From Halogeometricum borinquense DSM 11551 (GTDB lineage Archaea; Halobacteriota; Halobacteria; Halobacteriales; Haloferacaceae), in assembly GCF_000172995.2 (NCBI RefSeq), contig NC_014729.1:1710001-1742000 (forward strand): a DNA stretch of 32,000 nt, in the 5' to 3' direction. The notes below the pieces were generated by a model. That model searched no databases, was not told the DNA's origin, and worked only from the letters and a program-made list of their open reading frames with translations. Within the stretch, counting starts at the first letter, position 1; the number at the start of each line of letters is the position of its first letter. Below, piece by piece: positions 18,059 through 26,318 of the stretch. Both the position numbers and the translations under genes were made by a program.

Positions 18059-19109
18059 TCCGCGCGCGACGATTGCCAAACGCGAACTCTCGACGCTTCG
18101 CAAGGAGAAGACAATCGTGCTTGCGCTCGTCCTGCAAGTGTTTATCGCGGCGTTTTCGTCGTTCCTCGTCGTCGGTCTCGTCTCGCTGTACGATCCCGGA
18201 CAGACCGGAGAGTACGGGGTTGACGTAGCAATCGCTGGCGATGCGTCCGAGGAACTCGTGCAGGCCGCAACCGATGTTTCCGGCGTGAATCCGACCGTCT
18301 ATTCCGACGAGTCGGCGGCGATGCGCGCGTTCGAATCCCCCTCGAAGACCGGAATTGATGCGGTGTTAGTCGGTGAGTCACGCGACGGCAGGGTGTTCGT
18401 CTCAGCGACGGTGCCGGACTCGAACGTCCAGACGACGGTCGTCGTCGTCCAACTTCGCGACGTGCTTCGGTCGCTCGAACGGTCAGAGCGCATCGAGCGT
18501 GCGGAGTCGTTGGAGACGCTTCCGGTCCAACTCCCGCCGGAGACGCAGTCGAGTCCGTACTACGGCTTCACATACACCGTTCTCGTACCGCTTTTGCTCT
18601 TCCTGCCGGTGTTCATCAGCGGGTCGCTCACGGTGGACTCGTTGACCGAAGAGCGAGAGCGCGGCACGCTGGAACTGCTCCGCGTCGCGCCCGTCTCACT
18701 CCGCGAAATCGTGGACGGCAAACTGCTCGCCGCGACGGCACTCGCGCCCGCGCAGGCGGCGCTGTGGCTCGTCCTTCTTGGATTCAATGGGACGCGAGTA
18801 GCGAGTCCGGTGATGCTTCTCGTTCTCGTCGCGGCGCTCTCGACGCTCGTCTGCTCACTCGCGGCGGCGACGGCGTTACTCTCGCCTGACCGTCGCTCTG
18901 CACAGTTCCTCTACTCCATCGGCGTGCTGTTCGTCTTCGGCGGCACCACGCTGTTTCCGAACAACCCTGTGAACACGGCGGCCAGACTCGCTATCGGTAG
19001 TGCCGATGCGTCCGCGCCGTTCGTCGTCGCCGCATACGCCGTCGGCGGTATCGGCATCTACGTCGCGCTTCGGTATCTCGTTGGCGACGTCAACGCGAAC
19101 GCGCTCTGA
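18051..19109 (+). CDS. ABC-2 type transporter permease (second membrane subunit)
   Basis: 352 aa. The track start is TTG and overlaps the upstream gene by 8 nt. N-terminal IAKRELSTLRKEK, one TM helix, an extracytoplasmic domain, then LTEERERGTLELLRVAPVSLREIVDGK and five more hydrophobic helices. Start codon uncertain. Confidence 0.85.
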   Translation: MRDPRATIAKRELSTLRKEKTIVLALVLQVFIAAFSSFLVVGLVSLYDPGQTGEYGVDVAIAGDASEELVQAATDVSGVNPTVYSDESAAMRAFESPSKTGIDAVLVGESRDGRVFVSATVPDSNVQTTVVVVQLRDVLRSLERSERIERAESLETLPVQLPPETQSSPYYGFTYTVLVPLLLFLPVFISGSLTVDSLTEERERGTLELLRVAPVSLREIVDGKLLAATALAPAQAALWLVLLGFNGTRVASPVMLLVLVAALSTLVCSLAAATALLSPDRRSAQFLYSIGVLFVFGGTTLFPNNPVNTAARLAIGSADASAPFVVAAYAVGGIGIYVALRYLVGDVNANAL

Positions 19110-19133
19110 CCTCTCGCCGGTTCGTTCTCACAT

Positions 19134-19156
19134 TGTTTTGACTCCGCTGAAGCGGA
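19134..19156 (+). terminator. Possible terminator of the ABC operon: T-tract (TGTTTT) followed by hairpin TCCGC-TGAA-GCGGA
   Basis: Read directly from the sequence, 25-47 nt after the stop at 19109. Archaeal termination commonly uses oligo-T tracts. The stem is only 5 bp. Confidence 0.25.
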
Positions 19157-19189
19157 ACGCACACAAACCCGGAGTACGCACGGTCACAC

Positions 19190-19534
19190 ATGGGAATCGG
19201 AGGCACGGCGAAGAAGCTCCAGAAAGTGGCCGAGATGGCCGAAGACGTATACGCTCGACTGAACGAACTCCGCGAACAACTGGCTGAGATGCGGCAGACA
19301 GCCCAAGAGACGCGGGAGAGAATAGATCGACTGGAGACTGAGAACGCCGAACAGCGCGCACTGCTCGAGGCGCTTGCTGAGCAAGAGGGAATCGACGTGG
19401 AAGCAGTGACCGCCAACGCACACATCCACGAGGCGGAGTCGGACGCCGACGACGCGGCGAGCGACTCCTCCGAAGAGACGGCTGACGGGGCGGCAGACGC
19501 CGCTGACGCGGACGATTCAACCGGCGGGAACTGA
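19190..19534 (+). CDS. Small coiled-coil protein with an acidic tail (conserved haloarchaeal hypothetical)
   Basis: 114 aa, ATG start. MGIGGTAKKLQKVAEMAEDVYARLNELREQLAEMRQTAQETRERIDRLETENAEQRALLEALAEQEG has heptad-like periodicity, followed by an Asp/Ala-rich tail. Confidence 0.75.
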   Translation: MGIGGTAKKLQKVAEMAEDVYARLNELREQLAEMRQTAQETRERIDRLETENAEQRALLEALAEQEGIDVEAVTANAHIHEAESDADDAASDSSEETADGAADAADADDSTGGN

Positions 19535-19653
19535 CACGCTCGACACGTTTCGACACGCTTCGTTCTCTCTTATCGCGTTTGCACTGTAGTCCGGGCAACT
19601 GACACCGGACGTGCATGGTAACTTTGAGGTGTGGGGGAAACATTTGCCAGCGC

Positions 19654-20634
19654 ATGACCACCCATCGAGAACCGCTGTCTTCGGTCCTCGAAACTGTCGG
19701 TGAGACACCGCTCGTCCGCGTTCACGCCTCGCCGGACGAGGCACCGGTGTACGCCAAGTTGGAGTCGTTCAACCCGGGCGCGAGCATCAAAGATCGCATC
19801 GGGAAGTACATGCTCGAACGGATGCTCGAAGACGGCACGCTCCCCGAGGGCGGCACCGTAATCGAACCCACGGCGGGGAACACCGGCATCGGCATTGCCG
19901 TCGCCGCGGGCCAGCTCGATGTCGAAGCCGTGTTCGTCGTCCCCGAACGTTTCAGCCTCGAGAAACAGCAACTCATGCGCGCGCTCGGCGCGACCGTCGT
20001 CAACACGCCCACCGAAGACGGGATGGGCGGCGCGATAGACCGCGCACACGAACTGGCTGAGGAAGTGGACGACGCCGTCGTCCCCCAGCAGTTCTCGAAC
20101 CCGCTGAACACCGAAGCGCACTACGAGACGACGGGACCGGAAATCTACGACGCACTCGACGGCGAAGTGGGAGCTATTGTCGCGGGATGCGGAACCGCGG
20201 GGACGCTCATGGGAATCGCCCGCTACGCTCTCGAACAGGACTCCGAAACGTACGTCGCCGCCGTCGAACCCGCCGGCTCACTGTACTCGACAGTGCTCGG
20301 TGAGGACGCCGAAGAGGACCCCTACAAGACGGAGGGTATCGGCACGCACGACCCGACGACAAACGAACTGTTCGATCCCGAACTCGTGGACGAAGTGATT
20401 CAGATACCCGACGAAAACGCCCACGCCGAGGTGCAACGCCTCGCCGGCGAGGAGGGCCATCTCGTCGCTTCCTCCGCCGCCGCAGCGAGTCTCGCCGCAC
20501 GCGACGTAGCCGAGCGAATCCGCGACGGTGAAATCGACGCCCCGCACGACTCGGTGGCGACTATCTTCCCCGATTCCAGCGAGCGGTACCTCTCGAAAGG
20601 AATTTACGGCGACTTCGAGTCCTGGGAAGGATAG
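19654..20634 (+). CDS. cysK: PLP-dependent cysteine synthase family protein (O-acetylserine sulfhydrylase-like)
   Basis: Internal ATG (aa 14) of track ORF 19615..20634. IGETPLVRV, PLP-lysine motif SFNPGASIKDR, TAGNTGIG and the GTAGT loop are all present. The ATG at 19615 is an alternative start. Confidence 0.9.
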   Translation: MTTHREPLSSVLETVGETPLVRVHASPDEAPVYAKLESFNPGASIKDRIGKYMLERMLEDGTLPEGGTVIEPTAGNTGIGIAVAAGQLDVEAVFVVPERFSLEKQQLMRALGATVVNTPTEDGMGGAIDRAHELAEEVDDAVVPQQFSNPLNTEAHYETTGPEIYDALDGEVGAIVAGCGTAGTLMGIARYALEQDSETYVAAVEPAGSLYSTVLGEDAEEDPYKTEGIGTHDPTTNELFDPELVDEVIQIPDENAHAEVQRLAGEEGHLVASSAAAASLAARDVAERIRDGEIDAPHDSVATIFPDSSERYLSKGIYGDFESWEG

Positions 20635-20699
20635 TACTCGTTCGTGACGGTCGGTTTTGCGGGGATGCTGTGAGTCGGGTCCTCACAGATCTTTCGTCT

Positions 20700-21122
20700 T
20701 CACCGAACGAGACGGCCGTGCTCGACCTTCATGCACCTGTCTTGGACGTATTCGAGACCCGACTCTTGCACGCGCTGTTTTGCGTCGTCGTTCGTAATTC
20801 CGAGTTGGAGCCATACCGAGCGCACGTCGCCGACTGACTCGTGGCGTTCGACGGCCGCCGCTGCGATGTCACCCGCTTCCTCGCTCGGGCGGAACACGTC
20901 CACGATGTCGATGTCGGCGTCACCGGGAACGTCTGCAAGCGAGTCGTACGCCGTCTCCCCGAGAATATCGTCGGCGAAGGGGTTGATCGGTATCACGCGA
21001 TAGCCGTGATTTTGCAGGTACGCGGGGATATCGTGGGCAGCTTTGCCGGGCGTCGTCGAACACCCGACGACGGCGACGGTGTCGGCGTCCAGTATCTCGC
21101 GGAGTTCGTCGTCAGTGACCAT
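20700..21122 (-). CDS. CoA-binding domain protein (YccU/YneT-like)
   Basis: First ATG of track ORF 20700..21149, whose listed start is TTG. VAVVGCSTTPGKAAHDIPAYLQNHGYRVIPINP...VDVFRPSE...WLQLG is the CoA_binding_2 pattern. Confidence 0.85.
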   Translation of the reverse strand: MVTDDELREILDADTVAVVGCSTTPGKAAHDIPAYLQNHGYRVIPINPFADDILGETAYDSLADVPGDADIDIVDVFRPSEEAGDIAAAAVERHESVGDVRSVWLQLGITNDDAKQRVQESGLEYVQDRCMKVEHGRLVR

Positions 21123-21265
21123 GCGTGGGCGCACGCGACCCACGGCCAAAAGTCGTCGGTGGGCGTGCGTTCCGTCGGTCAGACAGCACTCATCTCCTAG
21201 AGTTCGAGGAACGCTTCGAGAACGAGTGGACGGGAGCGTTGTGAGACCGTTCGACGTCCCGAGAC

Positions 21266-21877
21266 TCAGTTGGAGGCGAGTCTGACTTCGGGTTCGCCGT
21301 CTTCGGATGTCGTGATGATGCCGTCGAACAACTGCTTTAACGTGTTCATCGTCTTGTCGTCGTGTGCGCTGGAGTCGATAACGAACAGGCCAAGCCCCTC
21401 GACGCTCTGGATGCGCCCGGTGAAGACGTGGAGGAAGCGAAACACCGTCTGCAAGTCGGCGTACATCAGGAGCGTCGAGAGCGAGTGAAGCATGATGCGG
21501 TTCTGCTCGATATTACGATCCTGATAAAACGCCTGTAGGAACTCCGAGAGCTTGATCCCGATCCCGGTCATGTCAACTGGAGACGAGGTGTATTTGATTC
21601 GGTCGTCGTCTCGAATCTCACCGACGCCTTGCTGTCTCGTCACACAATCGACGACGGCGACGGGCTTGCCGTCGTAGGTCGTCCGCTTCTCGAAATCCGA
21701 GAGAACGCGCTTTGCGCCGTCCTTCGTGGTGACGATTATCGCTCCGTCTCCATTCGTCGCACCCTCGGAGAGGATATCGAGCGCAAGCGACCGCTTGCCG
21801 GTGAGTGGTGGCCCACTAATGAGGAGATTCGTCCCCGGGGGAACTTCGGCATCGACGGCCGGTGAAAGGTCATACAT
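21266..21877 (-). CDS. KaiC/RecA-superfamily fold protein with degenerate nucleotide-binding motifs
   Basis: 203 aa, ATG start. The P-loop-like motif is LLISGPPLTGKRSLAL, which is GxxxxGK followed by R rather than S/T. The Walker B position reads RIMLHSLSTLL (His where Asp is expected). The C-terminal FDGIITT resembles the KaiC-like DGVI motif. Confidence 0.75.
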   Translation of the reverse strand: MYDLSPAVDAEVPPGTNLLISGPPLTGKRSLALDILSEGATNGDGAIIVTTKDGAKRVLSDFEKRTTYDGKPVAVVDCVTRQQGVGEIRDDDRIKYTSSPVDMTGIGIKLSEFLQAFYQDRNIEQNRIMLHSLSTLLMYADLQTVFRFLHVFTGRIQSVEGLGLFVIDSSAHDDKTMNTLKQLFDGIITTSEDGEPEVRLASN

Positions 21878-22159
21878 AGGCGTGCCTCTGTGACGGCCGA
21901 CCAGCTAGTGGGTAGTCGCTTGCACGGCGGGTGACCTCACCGAAAGTCATCGAACGGTACAACGATATTGTGAGCCAATAATATTCTTTTTGATTCTATG
22001 GTCGTCGTTTCGAAGGGAGATGTCAACGCCATGTTTGATCTCTTCACTGTGATGCTATCTGCCGTTTCGACCGTAAGCCATCACGCCTTCGTTCGAACCG
22101 GTAATCTGCGTTCAGATAGGTACACAGGTGCAGACCTACTATACCTGACGGTAGTGGCG

Positions 22160-23077
22160 TTACACAACGGGGCCGGTCAGGGCGAACGCCCGTCCGGCGA
22201 TGAACGCCGCCGTGGCAAGAAGCATCCCGTGCTTGATACGTTTCTGAGCGGCCGACGGATCCTCAAACGATTGGACGCAGGCAGCCAGCATCAGGATATC
22301 AGCCGGGATGACGAGCACGAGGTACGCCAGTCCGAACCCGCTGTTGAAGTACGGATACACGCTCGCGCCAACGGCGGCGACCATCGCGCTGACGCCAATG
22401 AAGAGTGCCGGACGTTCTCCGACGACGATGGGGAGCGTTTTGAGACCTTCCTCTCTATCGCCCGCAATATCTTCGACATCTTTGACGATTTCACGGGTCA
22501 CCGTCGCCAAGGCTGCGAGACCGAACAGGATGAGGACACTCGGAGCGAGCGCGTTGTTTACTGCTGCGGCCCCGAATAGGAACGTGGACCCGGTGAGATA
22601 GCCGACAACGACGTTTCCAACACCGGGTAGCCCCTTGAAGTATTCAGTGTAGGCGACGAGCGCAAGGAGGTTTACGACGGCAATTACGAGCGCCTCGACG
22701 GGGAGGAAGACGGCGCAGACGACGGCACCGAGAAACAGCACGAGACTGAACGCGAGTGCCCCCCGAGCGCTCACCGCTCCCCGAGGAATCGGTCGGTCCG
22801 GGCGGTTTATCATGTCGATCTCTCGATCGAAATAGTCGTTAACCGCGTTGCCCGCACCCGTCGCAAAAACGGTCGCGAGGACCGCCGCGAGGACGTGATA
22901 CGGTGTCGTAAACACACCGGCCGCGACGAACGACCCGGTGAACGTCAGGATGCCTGCAGAGAGAATATTCCCTGGACGTGTCAGTTCGAGCAGGCCTCGT
23001 GCCGTCTCTGCGGCACCCGGTGGAGACCCGTCGCCGACGGACGATTCTGTCTCTGCGGCGGGTGGCATACGAGACAC
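22160..23077 (-). CDS. UbiA-family prenyltransferase, most likely digeranylgeranylglyceryl phosphate (DGGGP) synthase
   Basis: 305 aa. The track start is GTG, with an ATG three codons later at 23068. The Asp-rich motifs NAVNDYFDREIDMINRPDRPIPRG and KDVEDIAGDREEGLKTLP and about 8 TM helices match the archaeal lipid-synthesis enzyme. Confidence 0.85.
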   Translation of the reverse strand: MSRMPPAAETESSVGDGSPPGAAETARGLLELTRPGNILSAGILTFTGSFVAAGVFTTPYHVLAAVLATVFATGAGNAVNDYFDREIDMINRPDRPIPRGAVSARGALAFSLVLFLGAVVCAVFLPVEALVIAVVNLLALVAYTEYFKGLPGVGNVVVGYLTGSTFLFGAAAVNNALAPSVLILFGLAALATVTREIVKDVEDIAGDREEGLKTLPIVVGERPALFIGVSAMVAAVGASVYPYFNSGFGLAYLVLVIPADILMLAACVQSFEDPSAAQKRIKHGMLLATAAFIAGRAFALTGPVV

Positions 23078-23140
23078 ATTTTGTCCCGCGATGATAAATG
23101 ACGCGGAGTCAGGGGTCCGGTCTCGGGATCGAATCCGTGG

Positions 23141-23150
23141 GTTTAAATTA
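23141..23150 (+). promoter_or_regulatory. TATA-box-like element (GTTTAAATTA) for tRNA-Arg
   Basis: Its centre lies about 29 nt upstream of the first tRNA nucleotide (23175), which is the expected archaeal promoter geometry. Confidence 0.45.
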
Positions 23151-23174
23151 TGCCGTCCCGCTACGAAGTAGTGA

Positions 23175-23249
23175 GGGCGCTTAGCTCAGTCTGGACAGAG
23201 TGCTTGGCTTCGGACCAAGTTGCCACGGGTTCAAATCCTGTAGCGCCCA
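23175..23249 (+). tRNA. tRNA-Arg, anticodon TCG
   Basis: Folded by hand as a 75-nt cloverleaf. Acceptor GGGCGCT/AGCGCCC. D-arm GCTC/GAGT. Anticodon stem CTTGG/CCAAG with loop CT-TCG-GA. 5-nt variable loop. T-arm ACGGG-TTCAAAT-CCTGT. Discriminator A. No encoded CCA and no intron. Confidence 0.9.
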
Positions 23250-23335
23250 TGATTCTTCCGCGAACAACGTGAGTGGAGAATCATCTCCGCGAAGGGTTTG
23301 AAACAGGGAGCAACGCGAAGCATTGCGAGTGAAGC

Positions 23336-23363
23336 TCAAATCCTGTAGCATCCATCCCGATTC
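23336..23363 (+). repeat. att-like direct repeat of the tRNA-Arg 3' end
   Basis: TCAAATCCTGTAGC at 23336-23349 is identical to tRNA positions 23231-23244. The similarity continues past the tRNA end: ..GCCCAT---GATTC versus ..ATCCATCCCGATTC. The two copies are 105 bp apart. Confidence 0.6.
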
Positions 23364-23683
23364 GTTTTGGTTGGTATTGACCGGACAGTGTCCGATTCAA
23401 CGGCCGAAGCGCCTCCCAGTGACTCGTACTATCATACGTTGGCTCGGTTGAACGCCAGCTTGAGGCACCGTCTTGCAGTTCACTTACTCGGACATGGCCG
23501 CGGAGGACGAGGGCGATATCAAGCGCATGGCCCTCATTGATGGGACCATCGACGACTCTATGCTGTTGTGTCCATAACGACGAGTCGAAAATAGAGTATG
23601 CTCGCGTTGGGGCAGGTAAAACAGCACTCGACGACCCTGGCGAGACGGACGAGTGACCACTCTCGGAGAAATAGATAAACACG

Positions 23684-24352
23684 ATGGCTTCAAGCCCTTC
23701 CACAGACGATCTGCCGGTATATCTCGCTCCGTTGCCTAACTGGGTTGAGTCGATGACACTCCGTCTCACGTGGGTTGTTGTCGCCGTCAATCTCGTGGGG
23801 ACCGTGTTCGGGTTCTGGTACTATCGGTTTCAGTTGCTGAACAGCCACCTTGTGATCTGGCCTGCAGTGCCCGACAGCCCACTGGCGACGTTGCTCATGG
23901 CCGTGAGTCTCGTGTCGTGGAAGCTTGGACAGGATCGTAATTGGATTCACGCACTGGCCTTCGTCGGGAACCTGAAGTACGGCTTCTGGGTGGTTATCGT
24001 CCAAATCGTAATCAACGACGTCCTCGTCTCTGGTGATCCTTACCACTGGTTCTTGCTTGTCAGCCACTTCGGGATGGGACTACAGGCACTCGTGATCTAC
24101 CGTTACGCCGAGTTTACTGTCCCATCCGTCGCTGTTGCCACACTCTGGTTCAGCTTCAACGATATGGTCGATTACTTCCTCCCTCTCGTCGGGGACTATC
24201 ACCACACGTACTTCGGCCCGAGGCTCGTTAGTGCGGGTGACCACGGAACTCGCGCACACGACGTTGCTGCGGCCTCAGCTATCGGTCTGACGATACTCGC
24301 AACGTTTCTCGCACTCGCAATCCGCGTTCGACGTTTAGAAAATAGAACCTAA
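23684..24352 (+). CDS. Polytopic membrane protein, DUF1405-like (tentative)
   Basis: 222 aa, ATG start, about 6 hydrophobic helices. NLVGTVFGFWYY..QL and the PDSPLATLLMA motif resemble what I recall of DUF1405. Codon usage is less G/C3-biased than the core genes. Confidence 0.7.
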   Translation: MASSPSTDDLPVYLAPLPNWVESMTLRLTWVVVAVNLVGTVFGFWYYRFQLLNSHLVIWPAVPDSPLATLLMAVSLVSWKLGQDRNWIHALAFVGNLKYGFWVVIVQIVINDVLVSGDPYHWFLLVSHFGMGLQALVIYRYAEFTVPSVAVATLWFSFNDMVDYFLPLVGDYHHTYFGPRLVSAGDHGTRAHDVAAASAIGLTILATFLALAIRVRRLENRT

Positions 24353-24459
24353 TCCGCGAAAGCTACGCAATCCAGAGGGTCTCGAAGCAGCATCTGCATA
24401 ATAATATAAAATTTCTTATACTACAACTCATCGATTGACTGATTCGAGGAACTGCTGTG

Positions 24460-25227
24460 CTATGACGTGTGTGAAGCCACCCAGTGACGGTAGAACGCGC
24501 CGCTAACCGCAAAGGCGACGGCTGCAACTGCGACGCCGACGACGGCGGTACCGTCGAGGAGACCCCATTGGAAGATCCCAACGGCAACGAAGACCGCAGC
24601 GCCCGCGGCTTGGATGAACGCCATCGGGAGGAGATGTTCCATGGCCGTCCCGACGAACGCATCGATGCCGGTTCGGACGGCGAGGCCGAGCCACGCACCG
24701 ACGATAACTGCTATCGGAGCGTTTGGGAACGTCGCTCCGAGATTGATCGTGAGGATCTGGGTCTTGTCCCCGAACTCCGCGATGGCGATGGCGACGAATG
24801 CGATGACGAACGAGCTTGATCCGCGGATGCGCTTATAGATGCCGTCTGGGATGATGCCGGCAAAGAGGTCGCTCCCGCGGGTACGCCCGTCAGTACTCGT
24901 ATAGATCGAATAGGCTTGGTAGCACGTCCAGATCCCGACGAGAACGAAGAGCGCGCCGGTGAATATCGGCGTAACACCGGCGGGAAGTGCGCCGAGGACG
25001 GCCGACCCTACCGTCACCTCGATGATGTTCCAGATGGCGAACGCCGCGACAGCCCCAGCGAAGACGCGCTTTGCGTCGTAGATCGTCGCGAGCGTGATGA
25101 CAGCGAGTTGTCCCTTGTCTCCAAAAGTCGCGAGAAAATTCGTCACGAACGACGTCACCGCGGGCCCGAACTGGTCGTACTGACCGATGAGTCTGCTGAT
25201 CCCGCTTGCGTGGATCGGTACCAGCAC
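24460..25227 (-). CDS. UPF0016 (GDT1/TMEM165) family cation transporter, probable Mn2+/Ca2+ transporter
   Basis: 255 aa. The track start is GTG, with an alternative GTG at 25158. Two copies of the family motif are present: a canonical EFGDKTQ and a degenerate TFGDKGQ, each at the start of a 3-TM half. Confidence 0.8.
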   Translation of the reverse strand: MLVPIHASGISRLIGQYDQFGPAVTSFVTNFLATFGDKGQLAVITLATIYDAKRVFAGAVAAFAIWNIIEVTVGSAVLGALPAGVTPIFTGALFVLVGIWTCYQAYSIYTSTDGRTRGSDLFAGIIPDGIYKRIRGSSSFVIAFVAIAIAEFGDKTQILTINLGATFPNAPIAVIVGAWLGLAVRTGIDAFVGTAMEHLLPMAFIQAAGAAVFVAVGIFQWGLLDGTAVVGVAVAAVAFAVSGAFYRHWVASHTS

Positions 25228-25228
25228 G

Positions 25229-25471
25229 CTACGCCGTGGCCTCCGTTAAAGATTCCACGCGGATGCTCGCCGCGGTTTCCGTCGGGAACGAGACCCTTTT
25301 GCTGTCCACGCAGCCAGTCACCGTATCGATAGGCGTCAGCTCAACCATGTCGAGGCGCGCCCCGGGTTCGACGCCACGCTCTTCGAGGTCGGACGTGCGT
25401 ACTGGTGGTTCTTCCCTCTGCTGAAGGCCGTATATCGATTTCAGATAATACTCTATAACGTCGCTCAACAT
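25229..25471 (-). pseudogene. Truncated DtxR/MntR/SirR-family metalloregulator remnant (80 aa)
   Basis: MLSDVIEYYLKSIYGLQQREEPPVRTSD matches the N-terminus of DtxR-family regulators. Only 14 residues separate that SD from the wing segment VELTP, versus about 33 in B. subtilis MntR as I recall it, so the recognition helix is missing. The dimerisation and metal-binding domain is absent. The stop is 1 nt from the transporter start. Confidence 0.5.
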
Positions 25472-25493
25472 CACTCATCTACTAATTTGTCAT

Positions 25494-25513
25494 GTCTAAA
25501 CTTTAGTTTTGAC
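25494..25513. promoter_or_regulatory. 20-bp AT-rich palindrome GTCTAAACT-TT-AGTTTTGAC, candidate metalloregulator operator
   Basis: 9-bp arms with one mismatch, read directly. It lies 23-42 nt upstream of the regulator-remnant ATG, where it would overlap a promoter. Size and symmetry fit DtxR/MntR-type operators. Confidence 0.35.
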
Positions 25514-25814
25514 TAACTGTCACGACTAACAACGAGAACGCCGTCGGGCAACCAGAAGCGTCACTGCGTGTCCTCTCAGGTGTAGCAGGAAGACGAATCG
25601 CAGTCCCGCTCACGCCGACTCGACCTCCTGTCGATGGTAATCCGTGGCGAGCGCATCCTCCATCGCCACCGTGAAATTGAGGCCCGTAACGGATCTTCTC
25701 ACCGTCACAAATTGCATTCGTTGGTGGCCGTACTGAAAACCCGGTCAGCAAATCGTATCAGCGAGAGGTAAATACCAAGTGTTATTCCTCCGAGACAGCA
25801 CCCACAACATATCA

Positions 25815-26318
25815 ATGGACGATTCTACTCTGAAAAACCGACGGCGGTTTCTCGAAAGCGTAAGTGTTGGCGGTGCAATGCTCCTCGCGGGGTGTACAGA
25901 CCAACTTAGTCTCGGCGAGAGTGACCTGTCCAATAGTCAGAACGGCAGTCAGGAAGGAACTACAGAAGCGACCGGTGACGCTGCTGTCATCGCTGCCCTC
26001 GACCGCGAGGCGATCCAGAAAGAACAGGCCGCTATCCAAAAGGATGTTCAAAACGGAGATATGAACCGGACGGAGGCACGAACAAAGATGGTCGAACTCC
26101 AAGAGAAGTACGTGACCCAGGCCATCGATTCACTCACCGGAACCTTACAAGAGACCGACGGCGTGACTGTCGGCAAGACGTACCAGTCTCTCGCCGCAGT
26201 AACTGTCGAGGGCGATGCCGGGGCGATTCTGAGCGTGCTCGACTCCGACAACGTAAATGCGCTCGTGTCGGTTGCCGACGTCGAAGCGCAAGTAAAGAGG
26301 CAGCAAACGCAAGCCTAG
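25815..26318 (+). CDS. Secreted Tat-signal lipoprotein of unknown function
   Basis: First ATG of track ORF 25779..26318, whose listed start is GTG. MDDSTLKNRRRFLESVSVGGAMLLAGC has a twin-arginine motif, an h-region and a lipobox Cys. The mature part is Gln/Glu/Thr rich, and no family is recognised. Confidence 0.75.
   Translation: MDDSTLKNRRRFLESVSVGGAMLLAGCTDQLSLGESDLSNSQNGSQEGTTEATGDAAVIAALDREAIQKEQAAIQKDVQNGDMNRTEARTKMVELQEKYVTQAIDSLTGTLQETDGVTVGKTYQSLAAVTVEGDAGAILSVLDSDNVNALVSVADVEAQVKRQQTQA

Noticed and set aside
21998-22579. 193-aa plus-strand ORF starting in the 280-bp gap before the prenyltransferase gene
   Set aside because: Most of it is antisense to the DGGGP synthase gene. The non-overlapping first ~50 codons have poor codon bias.
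23281-23790. 169-aa minus-strand ORF as an intact gene
   Set aside because: It overlaps the start of the DUF1405-like gene, has atypical composition and shows no full-length family resemblance. It is kept only as a possible integrase remnant (see findings).
25503-25751. 82-aa minus-strand ORF in the 340-bp divergent gap of the islet
   Set aside because: It is Gly/Arg/Pro rich with no motifs. A 35-aa alternative frame (MQFVTVRRSVTGLNFTVAMEDALATDYHRQEVESA) also shows nothing I can recognise. I treat the gap as non-coding.
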